From an uncultured Verrucomicrobiae bacterium (GTDB taxonomy: Bacteria > Verrucomicrobiota > Verrucomicrobiia > Chthoniobacterales > JAATET01), in assembly GCA_963719495.1 (NCBI GenBank), contig CAVRCI010000003.1, forward strand, positions 1 through 64,000: a DNA stretch of 64,000 bases, written 5' to 3'. Both the position numbers and the translations under genes were made by a program. The notes beneath the pieces are model-generated. The model was not told the origin of the DNA. It worked only from the letters and a program-made list of their open reading frames with translations, and ran no database searches. Below are positions 48,161 to 57,523 of the stretch, in pieces. How positions within the stretch are numbered: position 1 is the first letter of the stretch; every line of letters begins with the position of its first letter.

Positions 48161-49276
48161 TCATCTTCCCACGGATTCACGCCGGATCTGGCCGGGCGTT
48201 TTCCCCGTCACCCTTCGGCACACGTTGTTGAACAACCGGGCGTCGGAAAATCCCGCGCGCTCCGCCAGCGCAAACATCGGCTCCTCGCCATTCACGATTT
48301 CCGGCATGACCGCTTCCAGCTTGGCCCGGCACAATTCCCCGTAGATCGGCAATCCAATCTCGTCCCGAAACAGGCGCTCCAAAGTCCGCCGCCCAATGCC
48401 ACTCCCCAGCGCGACGTCCTCGACCGTCTGGAGTTCCGCCGATTGGGTTCGCATGATCCGCAACGCGGCCGCCACCGCCGGATGCCTCGCCGTGAAACGG
48501 TCGGTCGACCGGCGGGCCACCACGTAGAGCGGAGGAATCTTTTCGGTTTTCCGGGGTGCGGGTTTGCCCCGCAGCAGCCGGGCCAGCAGCCGCGCCGCCT
48601 CGAATCCGAGTGTTGCGTAATCCGGCGCCACGCTCGACAACGCCACCGGCGAAATCAGTGACTCCAGCTCGTCGTCGTCCACGCCGACCACCGCGACATC
48701 GATCGGCACCTGCAGGTTGGTCTGCAAGGTTGCTTCAACCAGCCGCCGCGCACGGTGATCGTTCACCGCCATGATCCCGATGGGTTCCCCCGACGTCGTG
48801 CCCCCCCCAAGGATATCGTCATCCTCGTTGCACAGACGGCAGGAAAAATCCCGGGCCGCGAGAGCCTCCGAGAATCCGGCGAAGCGCTCCCGCCCGAAAA
48901 CCGTGTCGGTCGAACCCACGAACGCAAATCGCCGAAATCCGTGGTCCAGCAGGTGCTTCGCCGCCAGCTCTCCCGCGGCAATGTCGTCGCAAACGATCCG
49001 CGGCACCGGACTTCCCTCCAGTCGATTGGACACGTTGACGGTCGCGCGATAGTGTTGGCCTGCGGCAACCCACTCGTCCGTCGCCAGAAAGCCGATCATC
49101 CCGTCGAGACGAAGGCTGGGGTCTGGCGGGGGTTGCGCCGAATCGGAAGCGTCGATCAGCCACTCGGGTTGCTCCGCAGCAAACTGTCGAATACCTCGCA
49201 AAATTCCCCGGCTGAGCTTGAGCGCAAACGGAAGAAACACTCCGATGTGGAGGGATCGACGCACGGGCTCACTCAC
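48161..49276 (-). CDS. XylR-type regulator (periplasmic-binding-protein-like sensor plus AraC HTH)
   Basis: AGELAAKHLLDHGFRRFAF, VAVVGVDDD, LSSV, RRSTD, RRTLERLFR, AGFSD. Confidence 0.9.
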   Translation of the reverse strand: MSEPVRRSLHIGVFLPFALKLSRGILRGIRQFAAEQPEWLIDASDSAQPPPDPSLRLDGMIGFLATDEWVAAGQHYRATVNVSNRLEGSPVPRIVCDDIAAGELAAKHLLDHGFRRFAFVGSTDTVFGRERFAGFSEALAARDFSCRLCNEDDDILGGGTTSGEPIGIMAVNDHRARRLVEATLQTNLQVPIDVAVVGVDDDELESLISPVALSSVAPDYATLGFEAARLLARLLRGKPAPRKTEKIPPLYVVARRSTDRFTARHPAVAAALRIMRTQSAELQTVEDVALGSGIGRRTLERLFRDEIGLPIYGELCRAKLEAVMPEIVNGEEPMFALAERAGFSDARLFNNVCRRVTGKTPGQIRRESVGR

Positions 49277-49401
49277 GCAAAGAGAATGGTCGGTGTCAAG
49301 TCACGCTGCCGGTGAAGTGCGGTTGCGTCGGCGGGTTGGACGGCGATTGTTGGCGGCTGGAAGCCACCACTCCGGTGCCCGCGATGCCCGAACTGCTCCA
49401 T

Positions 49402-49439
49402 AAATCGAAAAGTCCCACCGCCCGTTGGGCGGTGGGACT
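49402..49439 (-). terminator. Intrinsic terminator after the PEP-CTERM gene
   Basis: 13-bp perfect stem AGTCCCACCGCCC/GGGCGGTGGGACT followed by TTTCGATTT on the minus strand. Confidence 0.75.
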
Positions 49440-49486
49440 GATCAGAAGTCCAGTTGATCGACGCGCCGCTTGGGCGCGCTATCGGT

Positions 49487-50434
49487 TCAGGACCGACGCC
49501 GACGACGCATGGCCAGAACGCCCACACCACCGGCGATCAAGAGAGCAAACGAAGAAGGCTCCGGGACCGCGGCCATTCCCGTGAGAACTTCCTGCAGCCC
49601 TGCATCACCAGCTGTGGTGCTGAAGCGGAGGATGTCGGCTTGGCCCTGCTTGTTGAAATTGATGCCAAAGCCAGAAATAGAGCCTAAGTCGGTGCTACTG
49701 CTGGTGAGTAGAGCTGCGCCCAGACCGGCCTCGGTCTGCGAACTCAAATCGACGCCAAAATCTTTGGCACCGCCCGAGTCATCGTTTCCGACCCACAACT
49801 GAATCGTGTCGTTGCCGGCGGTTAGGTCAATCTTGATGAGCAATAGATAAGTGCCGCTAGCGTTCAATTCCTTGGCAGCTTCGTTGATACCTGGGTTGCC
49901 GAAGGTCAAGGCCCCGCCCCCGGCGTTGAGGTATGGTTTGGCGTTATCCTCACCGAAAACCACACTATTCAGACTACCACTAAGTTGCAGCCGCGTGTCA
50001 CGGTCGGGAACCGTCTCGGGGCCTGGTGTGCTTGTCATCCCGGTCGCGCCAGTGGAACTGATCAACCCCGTCACCCATACCGTGCCGAGTGAGAACGTAG
50101 AATCAAACGCCCGAGTGGCGACTCCGGTGCCACCCCGGTTGGCCCGACCGTCGTTGGTGTCCGTCTCGTTGCCGAAAGTGCTGTAGCCGGACGAGGTGAA
50201 GGTGAGCTGATTATTCGCCTGATAGTCTACATTATTGGAGCCGGTCCACGCCCCGCCCCACCCATCAGTTGCCGTACCCAGCGTCGGCAAATCCAAGTTA
50301 GAAGTGCCGTAGTTATTGAAATATTCCGTGATCAACGCCCCACTTGCGGGAACCGACACGGCCAAGGGGAGCGCGACAGCGAGGGCCGCGAGAGATGGAA
50401 ATTGTAGTCTGAAGGGAATGGATGGGGTTTTCAT
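49487..50434 (-). CDS. PEP-CTERM sorting domain protein
   Basis: Signal peptide; Gly/Thr/Asn-rich beta body; AVPEPSSFALLIAGGVGVLAMRRRRRS. Confidence 0.92.
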   Translation of the reverse strand: MKTPSIPFRLQFPSLAALAVALPLAVSVPASGALITEYFNNYGTSNLDLPTLGTATDGWGGAWTGSNNVDYQANNQLTFTSSGYSTFGNETDTNDGRANRGGTGVATRAFDSTFSLGTVWVTGLISSTGATGMTSTPGPETVPDRDTRLQLSGSLNSVVFGEDNAKPYLNAGGGALTFGNPGINEAAKELNASGTYLLLIKIDLTAGNDTIQLWVGNDDSGGAKDFGVDLSSQTEAGLGAALLTSSSTDLGSISGFGINFNKQGQADILRFSTTAGDAGLQEVLTGMAAVPEPSSFALLIAGGVGVLAMRRRRRS

Positions 50435-50705
50435 ACTTTCCAACGATGGTTCGACAGACCGCTCCTGTCATTACCGTTTTACGTCAAAGTCTTACTTTTT
50501 CGCGTCTAAGGCGTTTTTTTTGCAAAACGAAGAGGAACCACAGATTGCAGGCACGGGTGCAGATAATGAAGAGGCGTCCCTGCCATCTGCGCCCATCCGT
50601 GCCATCTGCGGTCAATCCATCCCTTCTCGGCGGGAGGCCGGGGTGAGGGCAAGCATCCGAGCAATGGAGTTCGCGCCGCCGCGCCCCACCAGACCCGCCG
50701 CGAAT

Positions 50706-50717
50706 TCTACACGTAAA
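50706..50717. promoter_or_regulatory. Palindromic operator-like site, copy 4
   Basis: TCTACACGTAAA about 50 nt upstream of the ATG at 50766. Confidence 0.7.
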
Positions 50718-50765
50718 CCTCAAACCCCTTTGCCCTCCCGAGTGCCGATCCCTAGCTTCCCCGCC

Positions 50766-53105
50766 ATGACCATTCGCCCCCTCTTCGCACTCGCGGCCTC
50801 CGCCCTCCTCACCACCGCCTCCGCGGAGACGGGAGCGGACCTTGCCGCGCAATATCGCGAGACGCCCGACACGCATCCGCTGCTCCCGAACGTCTCCTAC
50901 GCCGGGTATCGCGCCGGGGAAATGGCTCCCCCGACGGTGCCGGTCGTCGTCAACCTGCGGGACTTCGGCGGCAAGGGCGATGGCAAGACGGATAATCGCG
51001 ACGCGTTTCGGGCGGCGATCGAGGCGGCGTGGCAGAAGGGCGGCGGCGCGGTGGAGATTCCCAACGGCACCTACGCCGTAGACGGACTGATCCTGCTGGA
51101 CCGCGACGGCGTCGTGCTGCGGGGCGAGAGCCGGGACGGAACCATCATCAAATTCACCCGCCCCCTGGCCGACATCCTCGGCGCGCCCGGGCACGGTTCT
51201 TCGCCGTGGAACTGGAGCGGCGGCCTCCTCTGGATGGGCCCGGGCGACCGATTCCTCGCGGACAAGGACGGGACGTGGAAGCACGACAAGACACCCCCAG
51301 CCGACTCGAAGTCCCGCAGCGCGTGGGAATTGGTCGGTGCCGCGGAAAAGCTCGCCGCGGTGAAGGACACCCCCAAACGCGGTGAGACGGTGGTGACCGT
51401 CGACGACGCCTCGCGGCTGCAGCCGGGTGCCCTGCTGAACCTCGTCTGGAACAACCCGACCGACAACTCGCTCTGGCGCGAGATCGGGCAGGACGAGTCG
51501 TTCAACGATTACGACTTCGGCGACGTGTTGAGCGATCCGGCGCGGAAGCCGCGGCTTTTCTGGACCGTGAAGATCGCCGCCATCGACGGCAACAAGGTGA
51601 CGCTCGCACAGCCCCTCCGGGTCGACGTGCGCCCGGAGTGGGAGGTTGCCTTCTTCGATCCGGGTGCGCTCCTCACGGAGGCTGGCGTTGAAAATCTCAC
51701 CATCGAACTCGATGCCCGCGCGGAGCTGGGTCACAACGCGGGCCTCGGTTGGAACGGCATCTTCGTCAACCGCGCGTGGAATTGCTGGGTGCGCAACGTG
51801 ACGGTGAAAAATGGCGAGTGCGGCATTCACGTCGCGGGTGCCAAAAATGTCTCTCTGCTCGACACCAAGGTCACCGGCGACCGCCCCATGCACCACCCCT
51901 ACACCGTGCGCTCGCAGGCGCAGGACATCCTCACCGACGGCTTCGAGATCGACGTGAAGGGTCAGGTGATGCACGGCATCAACATCGAAAGCCGCGCCGC
52001 CGGCTGCGTCTGGACGCGCGGCGTGATGAACGCGGGCACCTTCGACTCGCACCGGGCGATGCCGTTCGACTACGTGCGCACCGACATCGACGTGGCCAAC
52101 ACCGAGGACTCCTGGCCGGGTGGCGCGAAAAAAGCCGGTCCCTACACCGGTCGTCGCGCCGTCAATTGGAACATCCGCATCAAGGATTCCAACCGCCCCG
52201 AAGCCGAGAGCGCCATCTACATCAACCACCCCCGCACCTACACCTACGGTGCGCTGGTCGGCATCCAGGGCGGCCCGCTCTTCGAGGGCGAAGGCATCGC
52301 GATGCCCGCGCCGGAGAAAATCAAGAACGTCGTCAACGCCGACGACGGCACCGTGCCGGATCCGGCCAACCTCTACGACTTTCAGCGCGACGTGCGGCGG
52401 GAGCGCGACGGCTGGGTGCGGCTCGCGAGTCCGACCACCGGTATTGTCTCGCCCGGCGACATCACGCTCTCGGCGGCGGGTGGCCCCGCGGGTGGCGGTG
52501 CCGTGAAGGAATACAAATACCTCATCAATGGCGAGGCCGTCGGCACCGGATCGGGGACGGCCCCGGACTTTGTCTGGAAGAACGCTCCCGCCGGTGATTA
52601 CACGGTGGTCGTCGAAGCCACCGACGAGGCGGGCCAGACGCTCGCCTCCGCGCCGAGCCGCCTCGTCGTGGGCACGCGTCGCCGGGTGCAGGAGTCCGAT
52701 CCAGCCATCGAATACATCGGCGAAAAATGGGAAACCGAGGAAAATCCCGCCTTCGACGGCGGTGCCGCCGAAGTGAGCAAGGCCGACGAATCGGCGATTG
52801 AATTCAAATTCACCGGCACCCGGGTTCGCCTCTTCACTCTGCACAACAACAACTCGCAGATTTTGAAATTCTACATCGACGACCTGACCACTCCGGTCGC
52901 CGAGGCCAAGATCCACGGCGGGCAGGCCTACTACGATTATCTCGGCTGGGACTCCGGCCCGCTCCCCGCCGGCCCGCACGTGCTCCGCATCGAGGCGGAA
53001 CGCCGATTGCTCGTGGATTACCTCGAGGTGGTGGATACCAGCGGTGGCGGCGAGGGCGACGGCGAGGGCAACGGCGAGGGCGGCGGCGAGGGCGGCGCGC
53101 CTTGA
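50766..53105 (+). CDS. Secreted beta-helix (pectate lyase superfamily) protein with Ig-like and CBM-like C-terminal domains
   Basis: FGGKGDGKTDNRDAFRAAI, VVLRGES, GVENLTI, GTFDSH; then YTVVVEATD (Ig-like) and IEFKFTGT...GPHVLRI (jelly roll). Confidence 0.85.
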   Translation: MTIRPLFALAASALLTTASAETGADLAAQYRETPDTHPLLPNVSYAGYRAGEMAPPTVPVVVNLRDFGGKGDGKTDNRDAFRAAIEAAWQKGGGAVEIPNGTYAVDGLILLDRDGVVLRGESRDGTIIKFTRPLADILGAPGHGSSPWNWSGGLLWMGPGDRFLADKDGTWKHDKTPPADSKSRSAWELVGAAEKLAAVKDTPKRGETVVTVDDASRLQPGALLNLVWNNPTDNSLWREIGQDESFNDYDFGDVLSDPARKPRLFWTVKIAAIDGNKVTLAQPLRVDVRPEWEVAFFDPGALLTEAGVENLTIELDARAELGHNAGLGWNGIFVNRAWNCWVRNVTVKNGECGIHVAGAKNVSLLDTKVTGDRPMHHPYTVRSQAQDILTDGFEIDVKGQVMHGINIESRAAGCVWTRGVMNAGTFDSHRAMPFDYVRTDIDVANTEDSWPGGAKKAGPYTGRRAVNWNIRIKDSNRPEAESAIYINHPRTYTYGALVGIQGGPLFEGEGIAMPAPEKIKNVVNADDGTVPDPANLYDFQRDVRRERDGWVRLASPTTGIVSPGDITLSAAGGPAGGGAVKEYKYLINGEAVGTGSGTAPDFVWKNAPAGDYTVVVEATDEAGQTLASAPSRLVVGTRRRVQESDPAIEYIGEKWETEENPAFDGGAAEVSKADESAIEFKFTGTRVRLFTLHNNNSQILKFYIDDLTTPVAEAKIHGGQAYYDYLGWDSGPLPAGPHVLRIEAERRLLVDYLEVVDTSGGGEGDGEGNGEGGGEGGAP

Positions 53106-53116
53106 GCGGAGCACCC

Positions 53117-53142
53117 GGGTCTCCTCACGTCGACCACTACGG
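53117..53142. repeat. REP half-element, near-identical to 62471-62496
   Basis: GGGTCTCCTCACGTCGACC(A/G)CTACGG, one mismatch over 26 nt. Confidence 0.7.
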
Positions 53143-53157
53143 CGGGGGCTGGGTAAT

Positions 53158-53169
53158 TCTACACGTATA
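53158..53169. promoter_or_regulatory. Palindromic operator-like site, copy 5
   Basis: TCTACACGTATA about 48 nt upstream of the ATG at 53217. Confidence 0.65.
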
Positions 53170-53216
53170 GCATCCCCGACTTTGCCGGTTCGGGGACGGT
53201 GCGGCACACTGCCGCG

Positions 53217-55136
53217 ATGAAGAAATCCCCGCTTCCCCTCCTCGCGCTCCTGGCGCTCGCGCCCGCCGTCTTCGCCGCCGACATCGTCTACGAGGCCGAA
53301 GGCCAATCGCGGGTGCGGCCCGTCGCGATGCCGGAGAAGCTCACCAATCCCTGGTCGGACGAACTGGAGAAGGAGTTTTGGACGCGCGCGAACGTCTCCA
53401 TCGACGCCTACGAAGGCAAAGGCTACGGCGGCACCTTCTTCGAGAATGAGAAGCGATCCTACCCGATTGCGATGATGGATTTCCTGGCCGGCAACCGCGA
53501 GAACGCGCTGAAATTTCTCCAAGCGGAGGACGCCGACGCCAAACGCTGGCATGGGCACACGGAGGGCATCGACCTTTTCCCCAGCTTCACGCTCAAGGCG
53601 CAGATGCGGAAGTATTTCTACTTCGGCCAATTCCTCGACGGCGACTACCGCCAGCGCATGAAGAAGGCCTTCGGCAAACTCACTGAAAAGGAGCCTCTGC
53701 GCCGCCCGCACGACGCCTTCGAGGGCGCAGGTGACGGGTGGACGCCCGAGGTGATGAACAGTTGGGTCGACGTGCGCGGCACCGACAACCTGCGCTTCAT
53801 GCGCGACACGTCCGTTTACCTGATGGCCGAGGAGTCGGGCAACGACGAGGTCCGCGACCTCTACCGCGACAAACTCGTCGAGCACGTGCGCGCGATGTTC
53901 ACGATGGGGATGGGCGAATGGGACTCGGAAAATTACCTCGGGCATTCCTTCGAGGCGTGGCTCAACCTTTACGACTTCGCCCAGGACGAGCAGATGCGGC
54001 TGCTCGGGAAAGGTGCGCTGGACTGGATCTCCGCCGCCGCCGCGGTGAAGTATTTTCACGGCGGCTTCAACGGCCCGACCAAGCGCGATTACTACCACAT
54101 GCGGCCCTTCAGCGCGGCGGCTGCCGTGTTCGGTCTCTACTTCGGCGACTCCGCCGCGGAACCCGAGGCCGACTACGACCACGTCTATCTCCTCACCAGC
54201 AACTACCGACCGCCGCAGGCCGTGGTCGGACTCGCCCGCAAGGAATTCGACAAGCCGGTCGAGTTGCAGCTCTCGCACCCCACCTACGAGCACTTCCAGG
54301 AAGGCAAGGACGCCGCGCCGGAATTCTTCGAGTTTCAATTTATCGCCGACACCTGCCAGCTCGGTTCACTGCCGACCGGCAACACCGGCGACGCCAACGG
54401 CCTCAAGCTCATCGCCGTGCACCCGGAGCGCGGTATCGTTTACTTCGTGCCCGCCTCCGGTGAAGCCGGGACCAAGATCACAACCAGCACGAACGGCAAG
54501 GACCACGTCGCGCAAAATCGCAACCTCATCCTCTTTCTCAACGGCGATGGCAAAGCACCGTTCCGGTTTTTCGTTCCCACCGACGCGAAACGCGAAAACA
54601 CCGACGGCGTCACGTTTTTCCAACTTGCGAAGACGTGGATCGCCATCCGCCCCATCGCGATGAAAATCGGCGGCCGCGACGCCGAGGCGACGAAGACCGT
54701 GCAGGAAAAACAGAAATACTCCGAAGCCGAAATCCTCACCGGGGAGGGTAACGGGAAAAATTTCTGCGGCTTCGCGATGGAAGTCGGCGAGAAGGGAACG
54801 CACGGCGACTACGGCAAGTTCAAGCGGGCCGTGCTCGAGAAGTCCCGCGTCGACCTCGACCGCCTCGACGACGGCGCGGCTGAATTCACCGGTGCCAACG
54901 GCGACACCGTCCGCATCCAGATCAACGCCGACGGCCTGCCCACCGTCTGGCGCAACGGGAAGGAACACGACTGGAAAGCCCACTGGGCGCCCTACCAGCC
55001 GACCGACGGCGGCAACGCCCCCATCCGCGAAGAATGGAAGAGCGGCAAACTCCACGTCGAGGCGGGCGCACACACCTTCGAGGGCCGGATCGACGAAGCC
55101 GGGCACTACACCTTCACGAACGAACGAGCGAAGTGA
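53217..55136 (+). CDS. Secreted hypothetical protein (helical N-half, beta C-half; possibly polysaccharide-lyase-like)
   Basis: Signal peptide MKKSPLPLLALLALAPAVFA; TDNLRFM, GMGEWDSENY; host-like codon use. Confidence 0.75.
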   Translation: MKKSPLPLLALLALAPAVFAADIVYEAEGQSRVRPVAMPEKLTNPWSDELEKEFWTRANVSIDAYEGKGYGGTFFENEKRSYPIAMMDFLAGNRENALKFLQAEDADAKRWHGHTEGIDLFPSFTLKAQMRKYFYFGQFLDGDYRQRMKKAFGKLTEKEPLRRPHDAFEGAGDGWTPEVMNSWVDVRGTDNLRFMRDTSVYLMAEESGNDEVRDLYRDKLVEHVRAMFTMGMGEWDSENYLGHSFEAWLNLYDFAQDEQMRLLGKGALDWISAAAAVKYFHGGFNGPTKRDYYHMRPFSAAAAVFGLYFGDSAAEPEADYDHVYLLTSNYRPPQAVVGLARKEFDKPVELQLSHPTYEHFQEGKDAAPEFFEFQFIADTCQLGSLPTGNTGDANGLKLIAVHPERGIVYFVPASGEAGTKITTSTNGKDHVAQNRNLILFLNGDGKAPFRFFVPTDAKRENTDGVTFFQLAKTWIAIRPIAMKIGGRDAEATKTVQEKQKYSEAEILTGEGNGKNFCGFAMEVGEKGTHGDYGKFKRAVLEKSRVDLDRLDDGAAEFTGANGDTVRIQINADGLPTVWRNGKEHDWKAHWAPYQPTDGGNAPIREEWKSGKLHVEAGAHTFEGRIDEAGHYTFTNERAK

Positions 55137-55150
55137 ACCCACGGCTTGCC

Positions 55151-56731
55151 ATGACTATCTCCCGACCCCTCGTCCTCGCCACGGCGGCGGGAGCGCTGTT
55201 CTCGTTCACCACCCTCCCCCTGCGGGCCCAGAACGATCCCTTCACCGAAGTCCAGGTGAACGTCCTGCCGAAGAAGGGGATGAAGTTCGATCCGCTGGCG
55301 ATCTACCGCGAGGATCAGGCCGTGTTGCAGGGCGCGTTTGGCACGAGCGCGGACGACACGGTCACCGATTTGGCGACGCTCCCCGACGGACGCGTCCTGG
55401 CCATCGGGACGCTCGGCGCGCCCGCCGAGGCGGCGAAGCGTTTTCCCGTCACGATGGCGGACGGGGTCGGCGCGACGGGATCGGCGTTTCTCGCGGTCTT
55501 TGATCCGACCTTCCGCCAGATGGAGCGGCTGGTTCCGCTTCCCAAGGACATCACGCGCCCCGCGTGCATCCGGGTTGCCCCGGACGGCACGGTGTTTGTC
55601 GGCGGCGATGCCGCGGCTGTGGACCGCCTCGCCGTGATGAAATTTTCGCCAGCTCTCGACGTCATGCTCTGGCGCGCCGACGCGGTTGGTGACCGCATGA
55701 CCGGCCTCGCGCTCATGCCCGACGGCTCCGTCGTCGTCGCCCCGGATCAAGCGCCCTTCATCTCACGCATCCGCGCCGACGGCGGTGGCCTCATTCCGTT
55801 CGGGAACGAAAAACACTTCCGCGTGGATGGGGCCAATCCGCAGGTGGCGGACAAATACTGGGGCGGCAACGGCTACTCGGACCTCGGATATCGCGGCTGC
55901 ACGTATCAGCGAGGCGGCTCCGGCGGGATCGGCGTGACCGCGGACGGCAACCTCGTCTTCTTCACGAGTAATTTCGTGAGGCTGCCCGACGGCAGTCCGG
56001 ACTTCGATCCGATGCTGCTGAAGTTCACGCCGTCCGGCGAATTACTCTGGGCCAGGAACCTGCTCCAGGGCCTGCCATCCCCGTCGGACCAGAAGTCGCC
56101 CTACCTCACCGTCGATCCGCACTCAGGCGATCTGCTGCTCACCCTACGCCAGCACGGAAGCTTTGCGAACAACATGGCCGTCGGTCCGCAAGCCTACCTC
56201 ACCACGGAATCCTGGCTCACCGGCAACATCATGATCGGCTGGATCGCCCGGGTCGACGCGGGCACCGGCGACGTGAAAGCGGGCACGATGTATTTCCCCG
56301 ACATGGGCCGGCCGCCGAAGGGCGGGAAGCGCACCGCGAACTCGCTCTTCCCCTCCGCCGTGCGCGCCGACGCGGCCGGTCGCATCTACGTGACTGGTGC
56401 GACGGCCTACAAGCTCACCACCACCCGGCACGCCTTTCAGCCCGAGCCGCTGGGCGGCAGCGGATTCCTCACCGTCTTCGATCCCGATCTTTCGCGCGTC
56501 CTCTACGCGAATTTGCTCACAGGTCAGGGATTCAACCTCCAGGGAACGGCGCTCACGGTGACGGACGGCGGCCCGATCGTCGCGGCCGCTCTCAAGCGCG
56601 GCGCCAAACCACCCTTCGGATTCGTGGCGGCCAACGCGGAGAAAACCGACTTTCTCTCGCCCGAACCGACGGGCGAAAAAGACGCGATGCTCTCGCTGTT
56701 CCCCTCCCAAACGTGGTTCGCCGAAGACTGA
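55151..56731 (+). CDS. Secreted beta-propeller (SBBP-like) protein
   Basis: Signal peptide; repeated blades PDGRVL, PDGTVFVGG, PDGSVVV, ADGNLV, DAAGRIYVTG. Confidence 0.75.
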   Translation: MTISRPLVLATAAGALFSFTTLPLRAQNDPFTEVQVNVLPKKGMKFDPLAIYREDQAVLQGAFGTSADDTVTDLATLPDGRVLAIGTLGAPAEAAKRFPVTMADGVGATGSAFLAVFDPTFRQMERLVPLPKDITRPACIRVAPDGTVFVGGDAAAVDRLAVMKFSPALDVMLWRADAVGDRMTGLALMPDGSVVVAPDQAPFISRIRADGGGLIPFGNEKHFRVDGANPQVADKYWGGNGYSDLGYRGCTYQRGGSGGIGVTADGNLVFFTSNFVRLPDGSPDFDPMLLKFTPSGELLWARNLLQGLPSPSDQKSPYLTVDPHSGDLLLTLRQHGSFANNMAVGPQAYLTTESWLTGNIMIGWIARVDAGTGDVKAGTMYFPDMGRPPKGGKRTANSLFPSAVRADAAGRIYVTGATAYKLTTTRHAFQPEPLGGSGFLTVFDPDLSRVLYANLLTGQGFNLQGTALTVTDGGPIVAAALKRGAKPPFGFVAANAEKTDFLSPEPTGEKDAMLSLFPSQTWFAED

Positions 56732-57523
56732 ACTCAAACGGGGAGAGGACGTCTCGTCCTCTCGATCCAGACGTGAGGACGAGACGTCCTCACTCCGCTT
56801 ATCCGACTACCTCGTGGGCGGCAGATCGGTCGTCGAGATCGCCACGTCGCGGATCCCCACCACCCCGCGACCAAGCAACCGGATGGCGAAAAAGACGCAA
56901 TGCTCTCGCTGTTCCCCTCCCAAACGTGGTTCGCCGAAGACTGAACTCAAACGGGGAGAGGACGTCTCGTCCTCTCGATCCAGACGTGAGGACGAGACGT
57001 CCTCACTCCGCTTATCCGACTACTTCGTGGGCGGCAGATCGGTCGTCGAGATCGCCACGTCTCGGATCCCCACCACCCCGCGACCAAGCAACCGGATGGC
57101 GAAAAAGACGCGATGCTCTCGCTGTTCCCCTCCCAAACGTGGTTCGCCGAAGACTGAGCTCAAACGGGGAGAGGACGTCTCGTCCTCTCGATCCAGACGT
57201 GAGGACGAGACGTCCTCACTCCGCTTATCCGACTACTTCGTGGGCGGCAGATCGGTCGTCGAGATCGCCACGTCGCGGATCCCCACCACCCCGCGACCAA
57301 GCAACCGGATGGCGAAAAAGACGCAATGCTCTCGCTGTTCCCCTCCCAAACGTGGTTCGCCGAAGACTGAACTCAAACGGGGAGAGGACGTCTCGTCCTC
57401 TCGATCCAGACGTGAGGACGAGACGTCCTCACTCCGCTTATCCGACTACTTCGTGGGCGGCAGATCGGTCGTCGAGATCGCCACGTCTCGGATCCCCACC
57501 ACCCCGCGACCAAGCAACCGGAT
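56672..57523. repeat. Tandem array of four 213-bp units
   Basis: Units start at 56672, 56885, 57098 and 57311. Each contains the left gene's 3' end, a REP palindrome and the right gene's 3' end. Confidence 0.97.

Noticed and set aside
48161..49276. XylR/AraC protein as the binder of the palindrome
   Set aside because: AraC-type domains usually bind asymmetric or direct-repeat sites, and no copy lies near this gene or its neighbours. The cognate factor is probably outside the window.
53045..53100. 12-nt repeats encoding GEGD/GEGN/GEGG
   Set aside because: Simple low-complexity C-terminal tail with no evidence of function.
50484..54338. Very long antisense ORFs (also 19075-21663, 22308-24905, 33226-35223, 60776-62728)
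   Set aside because: Stop-poor shadows of GC-rich genes on the opposite strand, with no motifs.
56672..57523. CRISPR array, or real proteins from the repeat ORFs (56713-57525, 56814-57581)
   Set aside because: Units are near-identical over their full length, with no unique spacers and no cas genes. The ORFs stay open only because 213 is a multiple of 3.
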